64,000 nucleotides of DNA, taken from Octopus sinensis (lineage: Eukaryota). The translations under genes and the position numbers were made by a program. Positions within the stretch are counted from its first letter, which is position 1; each line of letters starts with the position of its first letter. Location: positions 434,001 to 498,000 of the forward strand of contig NC_043025.1 in the NCBI RefSeq assembly GCF_006345805.1, in the 5' to 3' direction. Shown piece after piece: positions 1 through 12,345 of this stretch. Under the pieces are notes generated by a model that was given only the letters and a program-made list of their open reading frames with translations, did not search any database and was not told the DNA's origin.

Positions 1-59
1 CTGCTCATGTATTTTAATTTAACCTTAAAAAAAAAAATGAACGAACTATTGAGTTTGGT

Positions 60-150
60 TTAATGGCCTACCAATGTATACTATGAGTTTCTTTGCCCTA
101 GGAGTCGGGAAGACGCTCGGCAAGAAATGGAAGCAAATTTGAAAGAAGAA
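60..150 (+). mobile_element. Probable 3' end of a Dong/R4-clade non-LTR retrotransposon running into (AAT)n
   Basis: Short unique tail (CCCTAGGAGTCGGGAAGACGCTCGG...) abuts a long (AAT)n tract. Dong/R4 elements are known to insert in TAA repeats, and R4-type RT pieces follow at 458-850. Confidence 0.4.
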
Positions 151-152
151 GA

Positions 153-435
<283 letters not shown>

Positions 436-457
436 GCAAAAAAAGAGAAGTAATGAG

Positions 458-850
458 ACCAGAAAAATATTGAGCGACACCGATAGGCTGTACTTGTCCA
501 AACGAAAGGGTGGGAGAGTTTTGATCAGTTGCCAGGACTGTATCGAAGCAGAGGAAAACAGCTTACGGTGTCATAAACAGATGTCGTAGTTTCCAAATTA
601 TTACAGGGTACCATGGCGAAGTGGAATTCACGTCTCTTTCTAAACCATAGTAATGGGATGAGCCAATCTAATAACATCAACATTGAACGAGACATCTCTC
701 AAAGGTGACTCCTTCAACCCATTACTCTTTTGCATGCCATTGATCCCACTCTCAAACGAACTGTGTAACACCAGGCATGGGTTCAAAATGTATAATATAG
801 TAAATCATCTGTTTTATATGAACGATCTGAAGCTGTCTACAACTGGTAAA
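458..850 (+). mobile_element. Two Dong/R4-clade reverse transcriptase fragments
   Basis: DRLYLSKRKGGRVLISCQDCIEAEENSL resembles RLYxxRxxGGRGL. GDSFNPLLFCMPLIPLS...NHLFYMNDLKL resembles QGDSLSPLLF...YMDDLKL. The two pieces are out of their normal order. Confidence 0.8.
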
Positions 851-899
851 AAGAAAAAGAAAGAAAAAGGAGGAAAAAGAAAAGAAAAGAGAAAAGAAT

Positions 900-1770
900 A
901 GAGAAGAATCAAACAATTTTGTGTAAATATGATGGGATTCTCCTGTCATTTTAGTCATTCCTCCTGGGCGCGATGTTAATAACACGCAAACATATTTCTT
1001 CTCATGCATTTTGAGTATTAAACGTGTAGCAAATTCAGAATATTTTCTGAGAATACGCACTTTCAAGTCTTTTTCAAAATTGCATCCGTTTACAGCAAAA
1101 TGTTCGGCAAGTTCTGTCGAACTACTGTCATTGTGCCTGACGTCATATCTGTGCCCATTAAATATTTTGTTTAATTGTTCTGTTGTACAACCAACATAAA
1201 TAAAGTTGTCTTTCGTGCATTCTGCCGCGTACACCAAATGGGAATCTCTACATGTCCCACCTTGTGTATAAATTATAGCATTTCTGTTGTGATTCCTGAT
1301 GGAATTCACTTGACACATGTTGCACAATGAACAAGCTTTTCCTCTCTTGCGGCTGTTTTTAAAGGAACAGCGTGCAGAAGAAGAGGTTAATAGTTCTCTT
1401 ATATTCTTATCTCATCTAAACACTACAATAGGCGGCTGAGGAAATATTTGTTTGAAACGAGGATAAGTTTCCGCAACATGTTGGTAACTTTCATGCAACA
1501 CTTTTGAAATGCCAGCGAAATTTCGGTGTCAGTTAATTACTAAATGAATTATGTCACATATTGTACTAAAGTTGTTTGCTAAAATTATTCGTGAAAGTTA
1601 GACTTTCTTTGCTAATCTTAGCTATCTCATTTGCTATTTGCTTTTATCGTGATTCACTGTAACCGCGTTTGACATAATGGTGTACAAGAGCATTTGCATG
1701 TTTCCAGAAACTCCTCCCTTGTCTGTACAATCCCCATTTATCCGCAAAAATTGGGAATTCGGATTTGACT
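900..1770 (-). mobile_element. Penelope-like element fragment (RT C-terminus plus GIY-YIG endonuclease)
   Basis: ORF 752-1327 has TCRDSHLVYAAECTKDNFIYVGCTTEQLNKIFNGHRYDV...ELAEHF, a PLE-type GIY-YIG domain. Upstream are a CxxC linker and an SQFLRI motif near 1740-1760. Confidence 0.85.
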
Positions 1771-1794
1771 GAATTATATGATGTGGATGATCAG

Positions 1795-1795
1795 A

Positions 1796-1838
<43 letters not shown>

Positions 1839-1848
1839 TTATCAACCA

Positions 1849-1922
<74 letters not shown>

Positions 1923-1965
1923 GTACCTACCTACCTACCTACCTACCTACCTACCTATCTGTCTG

Positions 1966-2012
<47 letters not shown>

Positions 2013-2073
2013 CTATCTATCTATCTATCTATCTATCTCGTTCTCTATCTTTATCTATCTATCTATCTCCCCT

Positions 2074-2107
<34 letters not shown>

Positions 2108-2175
2108 CTTTCTATCTATCTGTTCTGGGTTTCTAGCTGTCAATGATGATTTATAAAACCGTTCCTCTCTACCTA

Positions 2176-2263
<88 letters not shown>
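1795..2263. repeat. (CT)n, (CTAT)n, (CTAC)n and (CTA)n microsatellites
   Basis: Directly visible. Confidence 0.98.
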
Positions 2264-2477
2264 TTCTTGGTGATTTTGTATCCCAATCCACAATTAAAAT
2301 TTTCACTCTCTGAAAAGAAATCTCTACAAATAATGTTTATCTACAGACACCATTCTACATTGACCAGAGAAATCGTTGAGACTTCAAATGACGACAGTAT
2401 TGTCTCTCTCTTCGGAATAAAACACAGAATACAAGTCAAGGAATGAAATAAACACAAAAAGATTCAAATTTGTTTAC

Positions 2478-2735
2478 CGTCTGTATAATTGGTCGGCACA
2501 GATCTTCTCAACTGATAAAAATCGGTATTAGTTGCGCCTATTAGCATTTTCTCTGTTGCGTCATCTTTGTATAAAATACAGCTTGGACTTATCGTTCTGC
2601 TCACGAAGGATTTACATGCAGAAGATTCAAAACACCTCTTCGAACAGTCGAAGGCATCCACATCAAGTGTCATCAATGTTTTACCTTCCTTGAGAAGACA
2701 GTTTCCTACTTTTATAAAATAGTTCAGATGTTCAA
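2478..2735 (-). CDS. Probable host exon encoding a PAN/apple domain
   Basis: Cys pattern DCSKRCFESSACKSF...SCILY...TDFYQL. It is bounded by a pyrimidine-rich acceptor (ttttcctggctttgttatAG) and a GTAAAC donor. Length is 258 bp, symmetric phase 1-1, as typical of extracellular modules. Confidence 0.7.
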
Positions 2736-3994
2736 CTATAACAAAGCCAGGAAAATTAAACAACCCAAATAGAAAGACGTAAATACAATATTGTGAAAAT
2801 ATATAATATAAAGAAAGAGAATATTAAATGTTTGAGGATCAATATTGATATTTTTAACAGGAAGAAGTGATAAAGTTGTTACTACCATAGTGTAGGTACA
2901 AAGCATCTTGGAATATATTATCTGTTTAATAAATATGAGGTTTTAAAGTTGTTTAATTAATTCTATTATTTAAATGATTCATATGCTATGTTCTATAATG
3001 CTTAACTGTTGTGTGTTGTAAAGTTTGCCCCAATGTCAGTACTTAGTCAAATTTAACAAAATGCCTACTTACTGACGAAAATTTGAATTTTAACCAGTAG
3101 AAATTATGTTAAGAATTGAATTCGTCATCATGCGGCTGTATTTTTTTTATTGAACTCAGAATTTAAAATTTCCTTTCCAACTAATTTACTTTGAGAAAGA
3201 AAATATTTTCCTGCACTGAATTGATAAGTTAGTGTAGTGATTTTCATAATTTTCGTACATATAGGTTTATATATTGATATAAATCTACTCACGTCCATTT
3301 CCAAATTTCAATGAGATGTAGAAGAGAACTGCAACGAAAATTTATTTTGTAAAACATTTCATATTTCATATTCACGTTTAACATTAATTTACAAAGAATA
3401 AAGATAAAATGAATAGGAAAGAGAAGTGCTACAAGCATAATTCGATAACAAATACGACGATGACCACCGTTACATCACCATAAAAATTATCCATTGAAAT
3501 AATGAGGGAGAGCGATAAATTGGAGAGGGATAGAAAGATAAACAAAAGTAGAGGGAGAGGAGGAGTGAGAGTGAGATAAAGAGAGAGGAATAGAAATGGA
3601 AAAAGGAGAAGATGAAGAAAGAAAATGAAATGCTATTTCAATTGAGACAAGAAGCATCAGTATTTCTTGGAAGAGAAAATTCTGGACACTTCAGAAAAGA
3701 TTGTGAAAGTATTACGTATATAAGGAGCAGGACAAAGAGTAGTGAACCAAAAAGTTTTTAATTAATCGAGATATAGTCAGGTATTGAAGAGAAAAAACCC
3801 ACCTGAATGAATAATAACCATTGTCAAGAGATGGAAGGGAGAGAATTCCGAAATTGAAATTGATTACTAAATTTTAGTAAGTTTGGGGATAACTCCGGAC
3901 GTGTTTTAGTCTTATCAGATATTCATTAGAAAATATACCCCAATATGTATTTAACCAGATCATAGAATATAATTTTTGTGTGAAAATTACTCAC

Positions 3995-4064
3995 TGAATA
4001 GGCATTGGTTTAAATAATACGATGGAATGTTTCGTAAGACTTCCTTCTGTATGCGGAACGTAGA
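3995..4064 (-). CDS. Candidate 70-bp upstream exon of the same gene (STFRIQKEVLRNIPSYYLNQCLF)
   Basis: Acceptor ttttacttgtatAG and donor GTGAGT. Open from phase 0 and ends in phase 1, compatible with the 2478-2735 exon. No homology recognised. Confidence 0.4.
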
Positions 4065-4890
4065 CTATACAAGTAAAAATATAATGAGATAGTTGACAAC
4101 ATCGTTTCTTGTGATCCATTCCTTGCCAAGAGCATTTTTTTCCTGGAAAGAATCTATCTTCACTGGAACATGTACCATCATTTGAAGACAAGAATGGATA
4201 AGAAGTAATAATAGTATGCATGAAACATGAGACATTACAGCGACCTGACCACAATCAACTTGGGAATGGCAGATAAGATATCAAGGAAAAGAATAGAACA
4301 ATAATATCAAGATCTTTTTGTCATTCAATTTAATCCTACATCTCAAATAATCCCATTCTCTGCATATAAAACATTCCTTGTATAATCACCGGACAATAAA
4401 ATATTTACATTTTACACAACCCATACTGTTAAGAATCACAACGAAGCAATGTATCACAACACATTCTCTAGACATTAACTAATCCAATAAAATAGTAGAC
4501 AGCATATATTCATCTATATCCGAGAGAATAAAATCTGAATAAAAACCTCTCAAATGAAATACATCCAAGGATATATTCATGCATATATTATAGAACCACC
4601 CAGCGAACTTCCACCATGGGTCATCACAATTGCTTAAGGTAAAAATGAATTCCTCGCTCTTTCGGAAACATCAATCTTCTGTATTGACCGCTTTCCACCA
4701 CTTTGATCTGTTTTTTGTATTGAATACGTATCGCCACCGTGGGCCACTGCATCGAACACTTTGAACATATACTTCAAACTATATATCAACTATACATGAA
4801 CTATATATCAACTATACATGAACCCTAAGATGTCTGACTCCGTTGTGTATTATAAATGAATTTCTTGTGTTTGACGGCATGAGCTGTCTT

Positions 4891-4960
4891 TTTTTATATA
4901 TAACTTTTTTGATAAGGTTCATTTCAGGAACTGAAACATGTTATAATGTATATATAAAAA
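4891..4960 (+). ncRNA. Minimal type I hammerhead-like motif, variant core
   Basis: UUGAUAA, stem II GGUUC/GAACU, GAAAC-AU-GUU, enclosed by UUUUUAUAUAUA/UAUAUAUAAAAA. Confidence 0.4.
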
Positions 4961-5041
4961 TTAAAAATTGTATAATACAGCAGCATTTTCGAACTTCATT
5001 TTTTACAAATATATACCTACTCGTACACGAGCTAATCCTAT

Positions 5042-5044
<3 letters not shown>

Positions 5045-5107
<63 letters not shown>

Positions 5108-5331
5108 GTGTGTGTGTGTGTATGTGTGTGTGTATGTGTGTTGTGTGTGTGCGCGTGCGTGCGTGCGTGTGTGTGTGCGTGTGTATACACACACATATAT
5201 ATATATAGAGAGAGAGAGAGAACAGAGAGAGACAGCGAGAGAGAGAGAACAGAGAGAGAGAGAGAGAGAGAAAAAAAGAACGGAAGAGAGAAAGAGGGAT
5301 AGAGAGAGAGAGGAAGAGAGAGAGAGAGAGG
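5045..5331. repeat. (TA)n, (TG)n and (GA)n microsatellites
   Basis: Directly visible. Confidence 0.98.
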
Positions 5332-5429
5332 GTGCAATATGTAAATTGTTGCCATTTTATATTTCAAATTTCGCGTAGCTGCATTCTTTGTCTTTGTATT
5401 TTGTCAACTACACAGTATAGTAGAGACGG

Positions 5430-5910
5430 TTGGGCACCGTCTGTAAGAAAAACAACACAATGATGTGATTCACGCTGCCAGAAATTTGGAAATGACATAC
5501 CGTAATGCTTGGCATTCGCGCCGGAAGTTCCAATACGAACATTTAAGAATGTTTGGGTGTCAATCTGAGGACAGTGCAATCTGAGGACACGTACCGAGAG
5601 AGATAAAAATCGAACATACTGTGAACATCATGGTTTTTGGAGTGATCATTAGTGATTGCGAAGTTATACCTCGAGTCATCTTCTCACACGGCCTCTGATT
5701 CAACACGGAGGCCTGGAGGAGGTAGTGCTGTCCTGGGTCAAGAGGTTGGCTGCCGAGAGACCCCTATGCCTGTCAGACAATTTCTGCAACCACATCATCG
5801 CTAACGTCTGGCCACCTAACTCTCCAGACTGCAACCCCCTTGATTATTAAGTGTGAGGTGCAGTTGAGCGAGAGACGAACAAAACTTCTTGTGACACCAA
5901 GCCCGAAGTT
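5430..5910 (+). mobile_element. Degraded Tc1/mariner transposase fragment (DDxD, maT-like)
   Basis: IMVFGVIISD, LEEVVLSWVK and WPPNSPDCNPLDY*V*GAVERETNK motifs, with deletions and stops. Confidence 0.8.
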
Positions 5911-6124
5911 ATAAGAATATACATGTATATGTACATATAAAAAAAAAACGTGTGAAAAACTGTAAAAAGTGTATGAAGAAAAACATATGAAGAAAATATA
6001 AATGTATATAGCGAGGCGATTGAAAATAATATACTAGGTAGACTGTTAAATTTTAAGTGAATCCGGGATACATCCGGCGTCAAGTCCCAAAGAAAAAGGA
6101 ATCCAAAATAATGTAAGAATAAAT

Positions 6125-6212
6125 CCACGTCTACGGCCGTTTCAAGAGCCACTGCCACGATCCATTACACATTAAAACACCAAACCGGCAGCGGCCCCTT
6201 CATCAGGAAAAA
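6125..6212 (-). ncRNA. Type I hammerhead ribozyme-like motif
   Basis: Minus strand reads CUGAUGA, a 13-bp stem II (AGGGGCCGCUGCC/GGCAGUGGCUCUU), then GAAAC-GGCC-GUA. Stem I is weak. Confidence 0.7.
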
Positions 6213-6398
6213 AATCTTCATCAGAGAAGTTTCCCGTTCTGAGGATCCATCATTCTACGGTATGAATTTATGGGGATGATTTGAAGTTGTGTGACCATTT
6301 ATGTTGTTTATTTTCAACCACTAACTTTGTTTTTTTTACACATATATATGTATATACATAGATACATATATACATACTTACATACATACACAGACATA

Positions 6399-7215
6399 AC
6401 AGAAGTAAATAGACACCTTTACAATCATTGAAATTTATTCAAATCTGAAATAATACATACAAATTATTTAATAATTTTCATAATGTGAATATCTACTACT
6501 TAGTTGACATGCCCTATGCATTTTTCAATGCAAAGCCCCTATTAGGCATCTTACTGATTAGATGACAAATATTCTCTTGCAGAATTTCTTGCCAAGTGTC
6601 ATGCAGTAATCTCAAAAGTTCTGGCTTTGATGATGCCTTCTTGTTATTTTTATGAAGTGTCTTGTCCATTATGTCCCAGAAATGTTCATTAGAGTTCATA
6701 TCTGGTGACTGGTTTGGTCATGGAAGCTTTTTAATGCCCCTCTCATCTAATTTTAGCCGTGTGACAAGGAGCCCTATCTTTCATAAATAGTCTTCTTTGA
6801 TCATTTCACTACTGAAGAAGATTGGAAGGTCTCCTTTCTGCAATGTGAACATAAATTTTTCTGAGTTTATGTTTCTCTCACACTCCACCAACTCTGATCA
6901 ATCATTGCTCCAAATTGCTCCCCAGATCATCATAGAATAGCTGCCGTGTTTCTTGGCCGGAATCTTTTCACATTAAAGTTTTGATCACAGAGTCTCCAGA
7001 CCGACACTCGACCACTGTCAGGAAATACAGCAAATCTAGACTCCTCAGAGACTATTACAGTGTTCCAAAATGCTAGTGGCCTCTCCACCATCTCACTGGC
7101 CCAATCTTTTCTCCGCTTGGTGTTGGTTGCTCGAAGAAGTGGCTTCCTTCTTGTTGCTCTGCCATAGTAACCAAGTTTGTGGAGATACCTGATTGCTGTT
7201 CTGGGACTAACATAA
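6399..7215 (-). mobile_element. Degraded Tc1 (DD34E) transposon, 3' part
   Basis: PNQSPDMNSNEHFWDIMDK...WQEI...LISKMPNR...GMSTK C-terminus, with degenerate IFSxESRF and MIWGAI motifs upstream. Confidence 0.85.
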
Positions 7216-7446
7216 CTTATTTTGTTTTCTAGGTAGAAATGGCTGTCAAGAACGATATGTTACTACTTTAAATCTATCTTCTTGATGAAGGATAATCATT
7301 ATATGAACTTCGTATCGATTTATCACTATTAGCTGGCATTGTATTCCTCAAGTGAAGTGTTTGTATCTATTCAATACACCTTATAAAGATATTCCGGATG
7401 AAAAGGTATTGACTTAACGCTTGAGATGGCATAAGATCACCAGATT

Positions 7447-7480
7447 ATACATACATACATACATACATACATACAAACAC

Positions 7481-7552
<72 letters not shown>

Positions 7553-7620
7553 GTATGGCTGTATGTGTCTGTGTGCGTGCGTGCATGTGAATGTATGTGT
7601 GTTTGCTTGCATGTACGTAC
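7447..7620. repeat. (TACA)n, (TA)n and (TG)-rich microsatellites
   Basis: Directly visible. Confidence 0.97.
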
Positions 7621-7759
7621 TACACACAAGTGAAAAATACCAAAAATTTTGTCAAAATAATTAAAGCAACCATTGATAAATTTCGTATCTAAAGACTTTG
7701 CAGTTAAGAATTTTTTTTAAATTCTAATAATTCTTAAATGTAACATTTCCCGCTGTGAG

Positions 7760-8700
7760 TTGAAAATAATGGGTCGCACTCATTTATAAAGTATATTTCC
7801 ACTTGTGTTTTTAAAACAATGACAGCTATTTCATCATAACTTATATCGTACACCATCAGCTGTTTTAAGATCATCAAAAAGTGCGAGCTTCTTCAACATA
7901 TAACAATAACAATCTCAGATAAAATATTTCTTTTTGCTTTGGACTTAGAAACTAAATTCTTGAAATAAGTTTCTCTTCTCATCTCTCGTGTAGTTTCCAA
8001 GCAGTCATCCTTTTGTTACACATATAATGATAAGGAATATCAATATGTAACCGGCGTCTTGTATTTTTGTATCATTTACTAAGGACAAACCATGATGGCA
8101 GAGACGCGTTACGACGGGCGGCTTTGTCTCTCTCTAACGCTTCTGTCTCATTACCTTCTCTGAAAAAGACGGATTCTTGTTGCAAATGCACTGGCAGCCA
8201 GTATAATAGCATGGGATTTGTTATGTATTCTGTTTTCATGCACTCACATGTCTCCAATGAAAATGCCGTTTTACTTCATCCTGTACAACTTCACTGTCCG
8301 TCTTCCTTCATCGCAAACAATCTGATCTATTCCCAACGGGTCATCTGGATGTAATATTATCAAGATATGGCCACATGACGATCGCTTCTTCTGATAATCA
8401 TTGGTGAGCAAATGAGCAAGCAACTCCATCGAAAACGTGTCTCGTTTTAACACCATTCAAAAGTTATTTTAGTTTCAGTCTGAAATACCTTGCTCCCATT
8501 CTGGTCTTTTTGAGGGATTTTGTTCATGAAATAAGTTATCCTTAATTTCTGGTCAATTTGAATTAAATGTTATAAAATGAAAATATCAGACGAGCCATGT
8601 TAACTTACTAAAGCCATTGCCTCGTAATACCGTTCTCGCATGTTTCTTGGAAATTCTTGGAATGAAGCGAGGAGAATAAGCGCGTGTGTCCAGCCTGAAA
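7760..8700 (-). mobile_element. Highly degraded Helitron Rep fragment
   Basis: Manual minus-strand translation gives RNMRERYYEAMALVS*HGSSDIFI..PEIKDNL..KRP..ARYFRLKLK and DYQK...GHILIILHPDD..IDQIVC. These match Helitron Rep motifs YQDAMA..GKPDLFITFTCNP.WPEI and EFQKRGLPHAHIL. Confidence 0.75.
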
Positions 8701-8789
8701 ACCAGAATCATACGCACCGTTATTTAAATGAACAGCTGAGCTTCTGTAAAGTTTCACGTTCAATATTTGTTGTTGGTTTCTGAATTTGT

Positions 8790-10490
8790 AAGCAGAAGTC
8801 TATTGCGCAAAGATCTTTTCTTTTTCTTTAATTAAAGTATTGCCGTCAGCGGCACGGGCAGGTGCAATCGGGCAGTGCGAAGGACCGAAGATATGTTTAA
8901 TCGAGTTGTAGAATTCGCAAGATTTATTTTCGTCAGCCAAACATTGGATCTTTTCGGAGTTGCGGAGCCACCAGACATTTTGTGCTTCAGAAACCACTTT
9001 GAGGCTAAGGTACAAGAATTTGTGAGGTGGGCGTTATGAGCATGGTTCTTCGTCTACAAAAGAGTTTGGATGATGTCTGCAGATTCATTAAACAAATCAA
9101 GGTTCTTCATGTGGGTTTTTCCAAGAGTGGATTCAGTAGTTTGTCAAATGATGGACATGGCAGAGTCCCAGAGTGAATTGAATTCATTCTGTTCGACCTC
9201 GATTTGTTCAATATAATTCTCAATGTTTTTTCCATATTGCGATGGAGCTCTTTTGGAACTGAAAGAGCTGGAAGAAGTGGGAAGGCAGTAGCGAGGTTTT
9301 CTTGAAGCTTATCTTGTTTCGTTGTACTGGAAAAACAGGCCACATTGAGTATGGGAAACACTTTGCTTTTCGTGGCAGGAGGGCGGATCTGAGGACACAT
9401 ACATGCGGTGATCGGTCCAACATTCTGCATCACGCATATATTTGATATGGAGGACAACTTTCTGATCATGTTCACGAACGCTCACGTAATCGAGGAGATG
9501 CCACATCTTGGAACGAAGATGTCTCCAGTAGAACTTGTATTTATTGGGCTGCTGAAAAATGGTCTTCGTAATCACGAGATTGTGCTCGGCACACAGGCGC
9601 AAAAGGTGAAGACCATTGGTATTCATTTTGCCCATCCCATGAGAACCGAGATCTCTGGGCCAGATGTTTACATTGAAACCGACTCTATCACTGAAATCTC
9701 CAAGAATACCTTTGTCTGTGCGACGTAACCTTCTCTTAACCGAGTTAAGAGACTCGTAGAAGGTATCTTTCGTGTCTTTAATAGTCTCTAATATTGGGGA
9801 ATAGACACTGAAGATAGTGGCGTGCACTTTGTTACTGAGGAGAATTCGGAAAGTCATCAGCCTTTCACTTATATCGGTTGCAATCGAAGAGATGTTCTCC
9901 AGTAATGACGAACGGACAGTAAATCCAACACCATGAATTCTATTATTGCATTGAGGAAGGCCTTTCCAGAAGTATATGTATCCCAGTGAGAAAGCATTCA
10001 TCAGGAAATCTTGTTTCGCTGAGTGCAGTGATATCCACATTGTATCGTTTGAGTTCAGAGGCGATGAGCGTGGCCCCAACGTGGTCATCATGGTGTATCA
10101 AGGTTCGTATGTTGCAGGTAGCAAAAATGAGAGGATTTTCCTTTTAATCATCGAGTACAGTGTGGAATGGCCTACCAGGTGCGATTTCCTGGCCAGGCGA
10201 AAAAGGATTGGCGTCTTTTAGACCACATTTCATAGGCCTCTCTTCAGCTGAGGCAGGCGGTGCTAGTCCTTAAAAGGTCCACCTGGTCAAGCAGGTAGAA
10301 CACGAATCGATGTGCAGTCCCAGGGTAACATCGAGTCGGCCGTATTGCCTGCGTCACCCATGTGCAGGATCCAGACTAAGGGCTTATAACATCATACAGT
10401 TCTTGCTCCCGTCATCTGTTGCTCGTTGCCGAAGGACTTAATTGGGGAGAAGTTGAGATAAGTGGTGTGAGAACAAAACTTGCGCAGCGG
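8790..10490 (-). mobile_element. RTE-clade LINE, 5' part (5' UTR plus APE endonuclease), frameshifted
   Basis: ORF 9309-10091 has YFWKGLP..HGVGFTV, VYSP, LGDFSDRVG, NGLHLLRLC, WRHLRSKMWHLLDYV and TDH, typical of RTE/BovB endonuclease. Confidence 0.9.
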
Positions 10491-10608
10491 AGTTGATTAG
10501 GGTGGTAATGGGGGGAGGGGGGCGGTCCCATTCGCACGCACTTCACTCTTTCTAACCTCGATCCAAGACTCCTTCATTGAAATTTCAACATCATCAACAG
10601 GGTATTTT

Positions 10609-10690
10609 TGTATGTATGTATGTATGTATGTATGTATGTATGTATGTATGTATGTATGTATGTATGTATGTATGCATGTATGGATGTGCA
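10609..10690. repeat. (TATG)n microsatellite
   Basis: Directly visible. Confidence 0.97.
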
Positions 10691-10899
10691 GATTTGTATG
10701 TTTTATGTATGTAATCTCATGCATATAGTTGCACGTCTGGATATGCTCATATATATTTAAATGATAAACTTCTGGAAAGTTTTACAAATTTTTACAGTTC
10801 CAGTGATGGATTGGATCTGTAGCCTTCGAACTAGCTTTCTCTTTTCTGGTTTTGAGAAGCCTAAATATCTCAAGAATGGTATTTAGGCAGTGTAATACA

Positions 10900-11770
10900 T
10901 ATACCGGTTTCCCAGTAATTACAGATATAAACTTGAACTTGTAATCTGGATTGTCAATAGTTCTCAATAGTTCAACGCAGATTTCTCAATAGTTCAACGT
11001 AGGTATTCTCTTTTTCACTATCTTTAGCTTTATGTTAACATCTGCTGGGCAGCTAACTTCCTCACTTGTGCAGTCTCTCTTCTCTATCCCAAGCCTTTAT
11101 ATCAGGTCTGGTGTGCTTACATTTTATTGAGGTCTTCCCTGATACATTTCACCAGTATTCCTTTACATTTTTATTGTTAGTGGCTATGGCTTCTACCATG
11201 GCTTGCGGTTCTTATTTCTTTGTCCTCGGGATTATCCTTCCGACGGATTTCATTGTAGAGTATTCTAGCTACAACACCATGTCTCATCGATAGATAATAT
11301 TGTGATGACATTTTCGGACAATTGCTTATGATATGCGTGGCATCTTCAGTATGAACTTCGCAAAGTCTGCATCGGTTGTCACAACTTACAGTTTTTCTTG
11401 CATCTCTATCCCTTTATGCATCAGGTACTTGGTTGATATTTCCTGTTCCTGGATTGCAAACGCATATCCTTGAAAGTGGAAGGTTGTAATCCGGCAACAA
11501 ATCCATGATAAACTTCTTTGGTGATCGAGGTTACTATCATCACGGCGATTTCTGCTGACATATCCATGCAAAGTCTTCTGTTCATATAGGTTCTTCCTTT
11601 CATCTGATGATATGCTGTGGTAGAGTCGTGCGACTTCTTTGGGCATGTATTCTAGGTTATCAAACAAAGAATGTTGCTCAAGGAGCTGCCTTCCAAGTCT
11701 CATGATGCTATCAGCCTCATGTATGCAAAACTTGATCAAGGGATGCACTTCGACACTTGATAGTTTGAAA
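10900..11770 (-). mobile_element. Dong/R4-clade C-terminal fragment (CCHC finger plus restriction-like endonuclease)
   Basis: GYAFAIQEQEISTKY, CRLCEVHTEDATHIISNCPKMS..YLSMRHGVVA and KHTRPDI..WDRE motifs. Confidence 0.85.
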
Positions 11771-12154
11771 ATGTTGCCGAAGGGAAATGATGCGACATTC
11801 AAAGGCATTTTGGATCGATGTTTAGCCGCGTATGGTATCACTGTATGTATGGATCCGTAAAAATAAAACATGCGCATCAGTCAGAAAATTGTTAATAACC
11901 TGTGAATTGAACAAAAGTAACTTATGCCTTTTTTCTTTTTGTTTCATGAGTTGTACAAAAACATCCTTGTTAGTTTAACTGTGTAAATTTAAAATCAGTA
12001 TTATGTATTTAAAACCTGAATTACCTCCCTTTATATTGAAGTCGGAGTTATTTCCCTTGCAGAAGAAGTTAGATTCACTAAGGGAGATAACTAAAGGTAA
12101 TTAAAAGTTTTCCGAAAACGTTTCCATTGCGTTCATACGTATATGTTTAACTAA

Positions 12155-12345
12155 GGGCGGCGAGCTAGCAGAATCGTTAGCACGCCGGGTAAAATGCTTT
12201 GCGGTATTTCATCTTTCTTCATATTCTGAGTTCAAATTCTGCTGAGGTCGACTTTGCCTTTCATCCTCTCGGGGTTGATTAAATAAGTATCACTTACGCG
12301 TTCGGGTCGATGTAATCGGCTTAAACCCTTCCCCCAAATTTGATA
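12155..12345 (+). mobile_element. tRNA-derived SINE with a Meta-type central domain (octopus OR-like)
   Basis: GGCGGCGAGCTAGCAGAATCGTTAG head, B box GAGTTCAAATTC, and GCCTTTCATCCTCTCGGGGTTGATTAAATAAGTA core. Confidence 0.85.

Noticed and set aside
3991-4254. Cys-rich 87-aa ORF as a toxin-like peptide
   Set aside because: No recognisable signal peptide or cysteine framework. A different frame fits splice signals better.
7278-7320. TTGATGAAGGATAATCATTATATGAAC, and a similar stretch near 10800-10832, as hammerheads
   Set aside because: Core and stems are too degenerate to support.
12155-12245. tRNA genes at SINE heads
   Set aside because: A and B boxes continue into SINE bodies and no complete cloverleaf is evident.
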